A DNA stretch of 64,000 bases. Source: Clostridia bacterium (lineage in GTDB: Bacteria; Bacillota; Clostridia; Oscillospirales; CAG-272). This document shows positions 1 to 9,173 of this stretch, in pieces. Numbering within the stretch: position 1 is the first letter of the stretch; each line of letters opens with the position of its first letter. The notes below the pieces were generated by a model, which was given only the letters and a program-made list of their open reading frames with translations, searched no databases and was not told the origin of the DNA. The DNA lies in NCBI GenBank assembly GCA_017456005.1, contig JAFTLJ010000014.1, positions 17,310 through 81,309 on the forward strand. Reading direction: 5' to 3'. A program made the position numbers and the translations under genes.

Positions 1-14
1 CATTTCGTCGCTTC

Positions 15-1064
<1,050 letters not shown>

Positions 1065-1086
1065 TTAGAATATAAATGTGCGTATT

Positions 1087-1314
1087 TTAATCTATGGAAA
1101 TAACGTCGTGAAGCTTGCCGAGCTGGCGGAGCATCTGCGTGTGCGCGTAATCGTCGCCGTACGCCACGATGGTCATTTCGGAAACCATGGGGTCTGCCGT
1201 TTCGTGAACCTCCAGCGAGCTTATGTTAAAGCCGCGGCGCGCGAAAAGCTCGGAAATGCGAACCAGAACGCCGAAACGGTTTACAACGGAGAGGTGAAGC
1301 TGAATTTTATCCAT
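1087..1314 (-). CDS. ilvN: acetolactate synthase small (regulatory) subunit, short ACT-domain-only form
   Basis: 75-aa ORF (LSVVNRFGVLVRISELFARRGFNISSL) matches the ACT domain of IlvN/IlvH. It sits between ilvB and ilvC. Confidence 0.8.
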   Translation of the reverse strand: MDKIQLHLSVVNRFGVLVRISELFARRGFNISSLEVHETADPMVSEMTIVAYGDDYAHTQMLRQLGKLHDVISID

Positions 1315-1325
1315 TTTGTGCCTCC

Positions 1326-2987
1326 TTAGGAAAGAATCATATTTTCTATAGCGCCGCCGGGAGGTATCATCGGGAGCACACGCTCGTCCATATCGATAGC
1401 GCAGTCTATTATCACGGGGCCTGCGTTCTTAACAGCCATTTTCATAGCCATGTTAAGCTCGTCTACCGTGGAAACAGAGAAGCCGGAAGCACCGAACGCT
1501 CTTGCGAGCGCGGGGAAATCTGTTTTTCTTTCGAGTGTTGTTTCAGAGAAGTGGTGGTTGTAGAAAGCCGCCTGCCACTGGCGCACCATGCCGAGCACGC
1601 CGTTGTTGAGCACTACCACTATAAGCGGAAGCTTCTGGGAAACAGCAGTCGCCATTTCGTTGAGGTTCATGCCGAAGGAGCCGTCGCCTGTGAAGAGCAC
1701 GGTGCGTTTGCCCGTTGCTATGCACGCGCCGATAGCCGCGCCCATGCCGTAGCCCATTGTGCCCAGACCGCCGCTTGTCATAAACGTGCGGGGCTTTTCG
1801 AAGCAGTATTTCTGCGCTGTCCACATCTGGTGCTGGCCAACGTCTGTGGCAACGGGGGTGTCGTCGGGAAGATAGGAATTTACTGTTTCTATAACCTGGT
1901 AGGGGGTGAGCGTGCCTATCTGCGCCGCGGCGTTTTCTTTTTCAAACGCTTTGATAGTGTTTATTTCTTCCCACCAAGCGGGGTTTTTCTTTTCTGCAAC
2001 TTTTGCTATAATGCGTGCGAGCGCATCTTTTACGTCGCCGCGGATGCCGAGGTCTACTTTTACGTTTTTGTCGAGCTCTGCCGCGTCTACGTCTATGTGG
2101 ATTATCTTTGCGCTCTTGCAGAATTTTGCAACGTTACCTGTCGCTCTGTCAGAGAAGCGCGCGCCGAGCGTTATAACGAGGTCGGCATCGTTTTTTGCTT
2201 TGGATGCGGTGAAGCAGCCGTGCATGCCCGTCATACCGAGCTTTTTCGGGTGGGAATCGGGAATAGCCGTAATACCCATTATGCTGCAACCCACAGGGGC
2301 ATCTATTTTTTCGGAAAGCTCGCAAAGCTCTGCTTCCGCACCTGCGGAAATAATGCCGCCGCCGCAGTAGATATAGGGCTTTTTGCTTTCGGCGATGAGT
2401 TCTGCCGCTTTTTCTATAAGCTCTTCCTCTGCCTTGGGCATATCGAATGGGGCTACCACGGGCACGGGCTCATATTCCGCTGTGCTTATCTGCACGTTTT
2501 TGGGAATGTCTACGAGCACGGGGCCGGGTCTGCCGGATTTTGCTATTTTGAAGGCTTCTCTTACAGTGTCTGCAAGCTCTTCCGTTTTCGTTACCATAAA
2601 GTTGTGCTTCGTAACGGGGATCGTTATGCCGACAATGTCAACCTCCTGGAAGCTGTCGCGGCCGAGAAGGCTGCAGGGTACGTTACCCGTGATAGCAACC
2701 ATGGGAACGGAATCAAGCATGGCTGTGGCAAGACCTGTAACAAGGTTTGTGGCTCCGGGGCCGGAAGTGGCGATAACCACGCCGACCTTGCCCGTAGCTC
2801 TCGCATAGCCGTCTGCCGCGTGTGCTGCGCCCTGCTCGTGAGCTGTGATTACGTGCTTGATTCTGTCGGATTTGAGGTAGAGAGAATCGTAGATGTTGAG
2901 TACCTGACCGCCCGGGTAGCCGAAAACTACGTCTGCGCCCTGCTCTATCAGAGTTTCAACAAGTATGTCTGAACCTGTGATTTTCAT
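1326..2987 (-). CDS. ilvB: acetolactate synthase large subunit (ThDP-dependent)
   Basis: 553-aa ORF with ThDP motifs (GYPGG; GDGSFGMNLNE). GGAGG RBS upstream. Confidence 0.95.
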   Translation of the reverse strand: MKITGSDILVETLIEQGADVVFGYPGGQVLNIYDSLYLKSDRIKHVITAHEQGAAHAADGYARATGKVGVVIATSGPGATNLVTGLATAMLDSVPMVAITGNVPCSLLGRDSFQEVDIVGITIPVTKHNFMVTKTEELADTVREAFKIAKSGRPGPVLVDIPKNVQISTAEYEPVPVVAPFDMPKAEEELIEKAAELIAESKKPYIYCGGGIISAGAEAELCELSEKIDAPVGCSIMGITAIPDSHPKKLGMTGMHGCFTASKAKNDADLVITLGARFSDRATGNVAKFCKSAKIIHIDVDAAELDKNVKVDLGIRGDVKDALARIIAKVAEKKNPAWWEEINTIKAFEKENAAAQIGTLTPYQVIETVNSYLPDDTPVATDVGQHQMWTAQKYCFEKPRTFMTSGGLGTMGYGMGAAIGACIATGKRTVLFTGDGSFGMNLNEMATAVSQKLPLIVVVLNNGVLGMVRQWQAAFYNHHFSETTLERKTDFPALARAFGASGFSVSTVDELNMAMKMAVKNAGPVIIDCAIDMDERVLPMIPPGGAIENMILS

Positions 2988-3017
2988 AGTTCCTCCTGAA
3001 TGGTACTGAGTTTGGTT

Positions 3018-3061
3018 TAGGAAAAAATAACAAAGACCTATGGTTAAAAGCTAACCATAGG
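3018..3061 (-). terminator. leader terminator (attenuator) upstream of ilvB
   Basis: Perfect 10-bp stem CCTATGGTTA/TAACCATAGG (3037-3061). On the minus strand it is followed by TCTTTGTTATTTTTTCC, about 30 nt before the ilvB start. Confidence 0.6.
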
Positions 3062-3136
3062 CCGAAAGATTCTAAAAATCCATATTTACGGAAAGCGTCT
3101 AACGGTGAAAATTCCCACTCCGTAAAAAACAAACGT

Positions 3137-3244
3137 TCACTCTTTGCAAACCACAGCACAACTTTTAACGCTATTCTGAACCATACCGATAGATAGGACG
3201 ATAGCGCAAATAATTATGCAGTTGATCGCATATGCGTAGAACAT
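3137..3244 (-). CDS. candidate ilv leader peptide (35 aa, Ile/Val-rich)
   Basis: AGGAGA lies 7 nt before the ATG. Hand translation is MFYAYAINCIIICAIVLSIGMVQNSVKSCAVVCKE (6 Ile, 5 Val, 1 Leu). It lies between the promoter and the leader terminator. Confidence 0.35.
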   Translation of the reverse strand: MFYAYAINCIIICAIVLSIGMVQNSVKSCAVVCKE

Positions 3245-3295
3245 TTTATTTCTCCTGTGAAATACCTGAAAATTCAATATTTTTGATTACCATTT

Positions 3296-3324
3296 AATAT
3301 ATCAAAAGTGACGCTAAAAGTCAA
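3296..3324 (-). promoter_or_regulatory. sigma-A-type promoter of the ilv leader
   Basis: Minus strand reads TTGACT-N17-TATATT. Confidence 0.5.
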
Positions 3325-3389
3325 TAGCTTTGCGGCGTTTTTTTGTAAATTTTTTTATGATTTTTGATGTTTTTCTGAAATAATATGTA

Positions 3390-3424
3390 AAAAAGGTAAA
3401 AAGTGGGCGGCTTTTTACCTTTTG
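3390..3424. terminator. hairpin terminator downstream of degV
   Basis: AAAGGTAAAAAG / CTTTTTACCTTT stem flanked by A/T runs. Confidence 0.55.
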
Positions 3425-3433
3425 AAAAAGTGT

Positions 3434-4273
3434 TTACTTTTCAAATCCTACGAGCATACCGCCCTCTTCGGCGTAGAAGCTGCAGAGCCCGCGGCACGTA
3501 TCCGTTTCGACGAAGGCAGAGGAGTATTCGTTTTTTATGAGCTCGCAGAGCGTGATTGCGGCGCTTTCGTTGTTGCAGTGAGCTATCTTAACTCTGCCGC
3601 CAGCAAAGCCTTCTTTTTTCATATGCTCTAAAACTGCGGCAACACCTTTTTTTGCGCCGCGGTATTTGCCGAGCTGCTCCAGCGTGCCTTCTGCGCTTGC
3701 TTTGCCTACTACGCGTATGCCGAGAACGGAAGCGACTTTAGCCACGATAGGGTTTACTCTGCCGTTGTTTGCAAGGTTTTTGAGCGATTCAAGCATAAAC
3801 ATAAGCCCCGTGCTTTTTGTGTATTCACAAACGCTTTCGCAAACTTGCTCAAAGCTTTTTCCCTCTATAATTCCTTCTTCTATTTTTTCTGCCGCCAAAA
3901 GTATTTCGGGGCCTGTGGAAAGGGAATTGAGCACGAAAACATTTCTGCCCGGGTACATTTCTTCGTATTTTTTCTTTGCCGCACAAGCGGAGTTGTAGGA
4001 GCCGGAAAGAGAACCTGTTATGGTGATGCAGAAAATATTTTCCGCATCTCCGAATGCTGCCAGAAATTCTTCGGGGTTGGGGCAGGAGGTGGAGGATCTG
4101 CCGGAATATGCGCGCAGATCTTCTATCATTCCTGCTACATCGAGCTGTTCGTTATCCGTATATTCTTTTTCGGAGGTTATTATTTTAAGAGGTACGAGCT
4201 CTGTGGGTATTTCACGAAGATGCGGAGTATCTGCGGAAGAATCGAGTACGATTTTTGTGTTGAGTGCGTTCAT
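3434..4273 (-). CDS. DegV family fatty-acid-binding protein
   Basis: Translation from MNALNTKIVLDSSADTP is typical of DegV. The start was moved to the ATG at 4273, which is preceded by AAGGAG. Confidence 0.85.
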   Translation of the reverse strand: MNALNTKIVLDSSADTPHLREIPTELVPLKIITSEKEYTDNEQLDVAGMIEDLRAYSGRSSTSCPNPEEFLAAFGDAENIFCITITGSLSGSYNSACAAKKKYEEMYPGRNVFVLNSLSTGPEILLAAEKIEEGIIEGKSFEQVCESVCEYTKSTGLMFMLESLKNLANNGRVNPIVAKVASVLGIRVVGKASAEGTLEQLGKYRGAKKGVAAVLEHMKKEGFAGGRVKIAHCNNESAAITLCELIKNEYSSAFVETDTCRGLCSFYAEEGGMLVGFEK

Positions 4274-4442
4274 GCAATTTATCTCCTTGCGTTTTTTTCT
4301 TACAGTAAAATTGTACCGCGCTTTTTCGCTAAAAGTCAATCTACGAAGTGCTTGCACGGCGTTTTTCTGCTCTATCCTCTGAAAACAGCGACTCTACGGA
4401 GAGTAGAATTTGCGGTAGAGTGCGATTTTTGCGCGCAAAGCG

Positions 4443-4471
4443 TTGCAAAACGGAGGAAAATATGCTACAAT
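4443..4471 (+). promoter_or_regulatory. sigma-A-type promoter
   Basis: TTGCAA-N17-TACAAT with TGn extended -10, about 20 nt before the 4493 start. Confidence 0.45.
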
Positions 4472-4492
4472 AAGCGCAAGAGGTGATATGTA

Positions 4493-5338
4493 ATGATAAC
4501 GATCGATAACGGTATACTTTCCCTTTCCGTAGAAGAAAAAGGTGCGCAAATGCGCTCGCTTTGCGATAATGCCACAGGCAGAGAATATCTTTGGCAGGCA
4601 GACCCCGATGTCTGGGCAAGGACCGCGCCCATACTTTTCCCCGCGGTGGGCAAGATGCATACGGACGGATATATTTACGGCGGCAAAAGATATGAAATGC
4701 CCAAGCACGGCTTTGCGCGCGATGCAAAGTTTGCCGTGGAAAAACTGCGTGAGGATTACCTGGAGCTCGTATTTGCTCCCGATGAAAAAATAAAGGCAAA
4801 ATACCCATTCGATTTTGAATTTGCGGCGAAATTTGCTCTGGACGGCAGGGCGCTCGTTTTTGCTTACGAGGTGGAAAACAAAGGCAAAGAAACGATGTAT
4901 TTCTCGCTCGGAGCGCACCCGGGCTTTAATATAAGCTTTGGCGATAAAATAGTTTTCGGTAAAAAAGAAAACCTCACCGCGCTTTACTATAACGAGGCAG
5001 ACAGGCCCAACCCCGACGCCGCGCCCGTTGTGATGAACGGAGAGGACACGCTTACGCTTGCAAAAGAGTTTTTTGCCCCCGGCTCGCTTTGCTTCCCACC
5101 CGTTGAATCTGAAAGCGTTTCGCTTAAAGATGCACAGGGCAAGGAATATTTGCATATGCAGTTTGGCAAAGTGCCGCATCTTTGGCTTTGGGCGAAGGCA
5201 GGTGCGCCTTACGTTTGCATAGAGCCGTGGCACGGTGCAGACGAAACCGTCCCCGTGGAAACGCTTTGCGATAAAAAGGGAATAGTGGCGCTTGAAGCAA
5301 GCAAAAAATTTGTTTTTGAAATAAAAATAGAGGTTTAA
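4493..5338 (+). CDS. aldose 1-epimerase family protein (LacX-like)
   Basis: 281-aa ORF. PILFPAVGK, MPKHGFAR and LGAHPGFN resemble galactose-mutarotase-like proteins. Confidence 0.75.
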   Translation: MITIDNGILSLSVEEKGAQMRSLCDNATGREYLWQADPDVWARTAPILFPAVGKMHTDGYIYGGKRYEMPKHGFARDAKFAVEKLREDYLELVFAPDEKIKAKYPFDFEFAAKFALDGRALVFAYEVENKGKETMYFSLGAHPGFNISFGDKIVFGKKENLTALYYNEADRPNPDAAPVVMNGEDTLTLAKEFFAPGSLCFPPVESESVSLKDAQGKEYLHMQFGKVPHLWLWAKAGAPYVCIEPWHGADETVPVETLCDKKGIVALEASKKFVFEIKIEV

Positions 5339-5340
5339 AA

Positions 5341-5490
5341 TAAAAAGCCGTCGCAAAGGTTGGTTCTCATAAGGAAGTTTGATTTCTACTTGTAGGGACC
5401 GGCGTCCTCGACGGTCCATTAAGCCATAATTGCATTGCAGAAGACAAAGATTAACCCCGACAGATTTTTGAACGCTCTGTCGGGGTTTGT
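5341..5490 (+). repeat. intergenic repeat family A, copy A1 (includes terminator hairpin 5455-5485)
   Basis: Shares TTCTCATAAGG, the hairpin GTAGGGACCGGCGTCCTCGACGGTCC, CATAATTGC and the hairpin CCCCGACAGA..TCTGTCGGGG with 6464-6541 (inverted), 43560-43660 and 63650-63745. Confidence 0.8.
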
Positions 5491-5511
5491 TATTCAATAA
5501 ATTGGAATTTG

Positions 5512-6114
5512 TCATTTTGTAACACACCAAATAGCTAATGGCACATAGCAGCTCACTAATACGAGTCTTTGCCAAAGACCGCCGTATCTCAAAATAGTAT
5601 TTGCGAATTTTTCTTTCTCCCCCATAATGAAGAAGCAGAAGAACAAGAACGTTGCAATAAAGCTAACAAGCGAGATCGCTCCCATAATTATATCTCCCGC
5701 TTGAAACTGCATTATTGCCAAGAGCAATGGTACAGCAATTAATGTCATAAATCCGATCGCAGAAGCACCGCCGTGAATTTTAGTCAGTGCATCCTCGTCT
5801 TGTCTGTTCTCGTTCAATGGACAAAAGCCCGAAATAATCTCACAGCCGATACCGTATATTGCAAGTAATATCCATATTGCGATTGCCAAGCCACCGATTT
5901 TTTCTTGATACAACGCATACGGAGCAATACAGAAAACGACACCCGAGAGTATGCACCACACATTGTAAATCCACTTCACAGGACTTTGCCGTGAGCCCAG
6001 TACCGAGAGTGCCATTTCTTTATGCTTATAGTTTGGATAAAAATGCGCAAGCAACAATGGTAGTAGATTATCTGCTACCAAAATAATAATCCATAATATT
6101 TTCATGTATTTCAC
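5512..6114 (-). CDS. hypothetical polytopic membrane protein
   Basis: 200-aa ORF with about 6 hydrophobic segments. GAGGTG RBS upstream. No motif I can name with confidence (possibly DUF998-like). Confidence 0.6.
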   Translation of the reverse strand: MKYMKILWIIILVADNLLPLLLAHFYPNYKHKEMALSVLGSRQSPVKWIYNVWCILSGVVFCIAPYALYQEKIGGLAIAIWILLAIYGIGCEIISGFCPLNENRQDEDALTKIHGGASAIGFMTLIAVPLLLAIMQFQAGDIIMGAISLVSFIATFLFFCFFIMGEKEKFANTILRYGGLWQRLVLVSCYVPLAIWCVTK

Positions 6115-6141
6115 CTCGCCAAATTCTTATTTATCCTTCTG

Positions 6142-6452
6142 TTTATCGCCAGTTTCGCCTTTGTATTACAAAGGCATAGGGCAAAGCCCATACCCCTATT
6201 GTTGTGCGTAACCTAAGGCTCCCTCCGGGAGGGAGCTGGCGCCGTAGGCGGCTGAGGGAGAGCGCGTTACAATGAAATTAGTACAAACCTAAAGTCACGC
6301 GGGCTCCTTCCGTCACGCTTCGCAGCGAACCCCCAAAGCTCATTTCATTCGCTTCGGGGAACCCCAGCCGCGTGCCACCTTCCTCCCGGAGGAAGGCTTT
6401 TTGCTTTCTCCCATTATAACACACATCGGCAGAGAAAACAACATCTCTGCCG
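6142..6452 (-). repeat. repeat family B, copy B1 (promoter-bearing structured leader element)
   Basis: About 310 bp, collinear with 44131-44461 in the same orientation. It ends at the RBS of the downstream minus-strand ORF. Confidence 0.85.
6413..6441 (-). promoter_or_regulatory. promoter inside repeat B1
   Basis: Minus strand reads TTGTTT-N17-TATAAT with TGT extended -10. The -35 lies in the loop of the CGGCAGAGA/TCTCTGCCG hairpin. Confidence 0.5.
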
Positions 6453-6463
6453 AAAATTATGTG

Positions 6464-6541
6464 TCGCAGACCGTCGAGGACGCCGGTCCCTACAATTTTG
6501 TAAACATCCTTATGAGAATAAACCTAAAGACGGCTTTTTAT
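6464..6541 (-). repeat. repeat family A, copy A2 (inverted partial copy)
   Basis: Its reverse complement aligns with 5341-5417 at roughly 80 percent identity by eye. The match includes an identical 26-nt hairpin segment. Confidence 0.8.
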
Positions 6542-6690
6542 ATATGAAAAATATCAAAATATTGTAATCAATTCAAGAGCGAGATATGGATATAATTCAC
6601 CAAAATGCATTAAAAAGATATTATCTGTTGACAAGCATAATAAATAAATTGTATAATAATTATAAAATATCTTGAATTTTGGAGGAAAAA

Positions 6691-7692
6691 ATGGAGTATC
6701 TTTGGCTCATCGCGGGATTTGTGCTTCTTATAGTGGGCGCCGACATATTTGTGGAAGGCAGCTCCGCTATTGCAAAGCTTTTCAAAATCCCCACAATCAT
6801 CATCGGTCTTACAATAGTAGCTCTCGGCACGAGTTTGCCGGAGGCATCTGTCAGCGTCAGCGCGGCACTTGCGGGAAGCAACGATATTGCCATAAGCAAC
6901 GTTATAGGCTCTAACATTTTCAATTTGCTCGTGGTGCTCGGTGCGAGCGCGCTTATCTGCCCTGTTAGAGTGCATTCTGCATCCATCAAAAAAGAAATTC
7001 CTTTTTCCATTTTTGTAACTGTTGCGCTCGGTGCTCTTCTTGCTATAGGCATCTCTTTTGATACCGAGGCGGATGTGCTTATGGGTATGGAAATATTCGA
7101 GCATGCGGCGTTTACCTTGGGGATTGCGGGCGGTGCGATACTCCTTGTTTTTCTTGCCCTTTATATGTATTGGCAGATAAGAGGTGCACTTAAAGCCAGA
7201 AAGAAAGGAAAAATTGTAGACGAGCCCGAGGACGAAAACAAAAAGATACCCACTATGATGGCTGTTGAAATGGTTATTCTCGGCATCGTAGGCATTATTA
7301 TGGGCGGTAATATCGTTGTTGAAAACGCTTCAGTAATAGCCGCAAACTTTGGTATGAGCCAGACTCTCATAGGTCTTACGATAGTTGCAATAGGTACTTC
7401 ATTGCCGGAGCTTGTAACGTCTATGGTTGCGGCAAAAAAGGGAGAAAGCGATATTGCGCTCGGCAATGTAATAGGTTCAAACGTATTCAACATCGTATTT
7501 ATACTTGGCTTCAGTGCGATTATTTCGCCTATGACGGTAGATGTGCTTGCTATATACGATACGCTCGTTCTGCTTGCGGTAAGCGTTCTTACACTTGTTT
7601 TTGCGAAAACAAATAAGCGTTTTTCACGTTCGGAAGGCGCTGTAATGCTTGCGATATATGCAATATACTTTGTTTACGCTATTTTGAGATAA
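6691..7692 (+). CDS. calcium/cation antiporter, CaCA (YrbG-like) family
   Basis: Two alpha-repeat motifs (GTSLPE..GSNIFNLL and GTSLPE..GSNVFNI). Start placed at the ATG 6 nt after GGAGG. Confidence 0.9.
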   Translation: MEYLWLIAGFVLLIVGADIFVEGSSAIAKLFKIPTIIIGLTIVALGTSLPEASVSVSAALAGSNDIAISNVIGSNIFNLLVVLGASALICPVRVHSASIKKEIPFSIFVTVALGALLAIGISFDTEADVLMGMEIFEHAAFTLGIAGGAILLVFLALYMYWQIRGALKARKKGKIVDEPEDENKKIPTMMAVEMVILGIVGIIMGGNIVVENASVIAANFGMSQTLIGLTIVAIGTSLPELVTSMVAAKKGESDIALGNVIGSNVFNIVFILGFSAIISPMTVDVLAIYDTLVLLAVSVLTLVFAKTNKRFSRSEGAVMLAIYAIYFVYAILR

Positions 7693-7696
7693 ACAA

Positions 7697-7740
7697 AAGA
7701 TCCCAAAGACCGATCAAAAGGTTTGTGGGATCTTTATTTA
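7697..7740 (+). terminator. terminator after antiporter gene
   Basis: GATCCCAAA...TTTGTGGGATC hairpin followed by a T-rich run. Confidence 0.6.
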
Positions 7741-7748
7741 TGTAATAG

Positions 7749-7900
7749 GCAATTGCGCGCAAATCGTGCGCAATTGCTTGTTCAAAAAAAGTTTTCCTTA
7801 TACAAAAATGCCCGATTTTCGGGCATTTTATAGTTGCCGAAGGCAACTTTTTTATATAGGCAGAAGAAAGAACAAAAAAGGCTCCCTCCAGGAGGGAGGC
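7749..7900. repeat. cluster of four independent hairpins
   Basis: GCAATTGCGC/GCGCAATTGC (7749-7777); ATGCCCG/CGGGCAT (7808-7826); GTTGCC/GGCAAC plus T6 (7833-7854); GGCTCCCTCC/GGAGGGAGGC (7880-7900, a motif shared with repeat B). Confidence 0.6.
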
Positions 7901-8096
7901 TATAACAATACACAGGGTACGCCCATACCATTATTTTGTTTCTTCGATAAGAACATCACGCTTTTGCCTGTGGGATTTTTATAGGAAGAAAAAGAAGGGG
8001 TAGATATCTATTTTGCGTTACTTTTATCATTATATATATAACGGGGCATCGCTATCGGGATTCAACTCGCGGTTGTGGAATACAACGTTGTCTCTA

Positions 8097-8125
8097 TTGT
8101 ATCAAACCTCGATTTGTGATACAAT
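8097..8125 (+). promoter_or_regulatory. sigma-A-type promoter of XRE regulator gene
   Basis: TTGTAT-N17-TACAAT with TGA extended -10. Confidence 0.45.
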
Positions 8126-8164
8126 GAATTCACAAAGGTGATGATGAATCGCAGGAGGTTTTTT

Positions 8165-9031
8165 ATGGAACTCAAAATCGGAGAAAAGATTGCAAAACAC
8201 AGAAAACTTAAAGGCTATACGCAAGAACAACTAGGAGAATTTTTGGGGGTCTCGGGACAAGCCGTATCGAAATGGGAAAACGGCGGCGTTCCGGATACGT
8301 ATTTGCTGCCGAATATCGCAAAAGTTTTGGGGGTGTCTGTTGATATATTGTTCGGAGTAGAGAAGAAGATATCCGATTATACTAAAGATGAGATACTTGA
8401 TGATCTGTTTAAGTTTTGCCTTCAAAAGACCAATTGCAAAGAAGATAAAATTGATTTTTTTGAATTTATGTTTGAAACTATATGGACTTTGCAAAGCGCA
8501 TATTTCGGGAACGAGAGCCGAACAATGTTAAAAGATATTATTGAAAAGAATAGCGGTAATCAGCAAATAACATCTCAAATCATCAACGACGAGGGAACGA
8601 CATATCTATCGCTTGTGGAAAACTTTCCGTTCTTTTGTGCGGTCGGTGATACGCCCGAAATATCCAAAAAACTGTTGTCCGAAAAGAACTTTGCGGAGTT
8701 CTTCTCTTTGCTTGCTTCGGAAGAGGGAATGAAAGCAATAATCTTCACGCAAACCGCAACGGAAACAAGCCAATACACAGCGGATATGATTGCTAAAAAA
8801 ATAGGGATCACACTTGAAAGCTTTCTTGAAGTTGAACCGTTGCTTGTTAAATACGGCCTATTGAATGAAGATAGCTTAACACTGGATGATAATGTGATCA
8901 AGGTATATCATAAATGGAGTAACCCCGAGCTTCGTCCACTGTTGATTATGGCATACCAATTTATCAATGCAAGACAGTGTTATTACGATTTCACTTGCAA
9001 CAGAACCAAACCTTATTTTGAATACGAATAA
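8165..9031 (+). CDS. XRE-family HTH transcriptional regulator with C-terminal domain of unknown function
   Basis: N-terminal HTH_3 motif (LKGYTQEQLGEFLGVSGQAVSKWENG). ATG preceded by AGGAGG. Confidence 0.85.
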   Translation: MELKIGEKIAKHRKLKGYTQEQLGEFLGVSGQAVSKWENGGVPDTYLLPNIAKVLGVSVDILFGVEKKISDYTKDEILDDLFKFCLQKTNCKEDKIDFFEFMFETIWTLQSAYFGNESRTMLKDIIEKNSGNQQITSQIINDEGTTYLSLVENFPFFCAVGDTPEISKKLLSEKNFAEFFSLLASEEGMKAIIFTQTATETSQYTADMIAKKIGITLESFLEVEPLLVKYGLLNEDSLTLDDNVIKVYHKWSNPELRPLLIMAYQFINARQCYYDFTCNRTKPYFEYE

Positions 9032-9036
9032 GATAT

Positions 9037-9074
9037 ACCGCCGAGAATAACCGTAATTGGTCGCTCTCGGCGGT
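9037..9074 (+). terminator. terminator after XRE gene
   Basis: ACCGCCGAGA...TCTCGGCGGT hairpin. Confidence 0.55.
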
Positions 9075-9173
9075 TGCTTGTTTAAATTATTTTTCGCCGC
9101 GAAGCATTGGGCGGCTGTTTTTATGGTTAAAACCGACCGTCAGAACACGGCAAATACGTGATTTTTCGCTTTT

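Noticed and set aside
2988-3330. T-box riboswitch upstream of ilvB.
   Set aside because: This is expected for Firmicute ilv operons. I could not find the conserved T-box sequence (GGGTGGTACCGCG-like) or an obvious specifier/AGAGA architecture. The leader-peptide interpretation is reported instead, flagged as needing a covariance-model check.
4394-5575. 393-aa minus-strand ORF overlapping the aldose-epimerase-like gene and the repeat A1 region.
   Set aside because: The translation is Arg/Lys/Phe/Cys-rich and motif-free. The plus-strand ORF has clear mutarotase-like motifs and a promoter and RBS.
5341-6541. IS element or transposon with terminal inverted repeats.
   Set aside because: There is no transposase-like ORF between the repeats. 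I kept it as a finding only in the weaker form of a MITE-like cassette or paired repeat copies.
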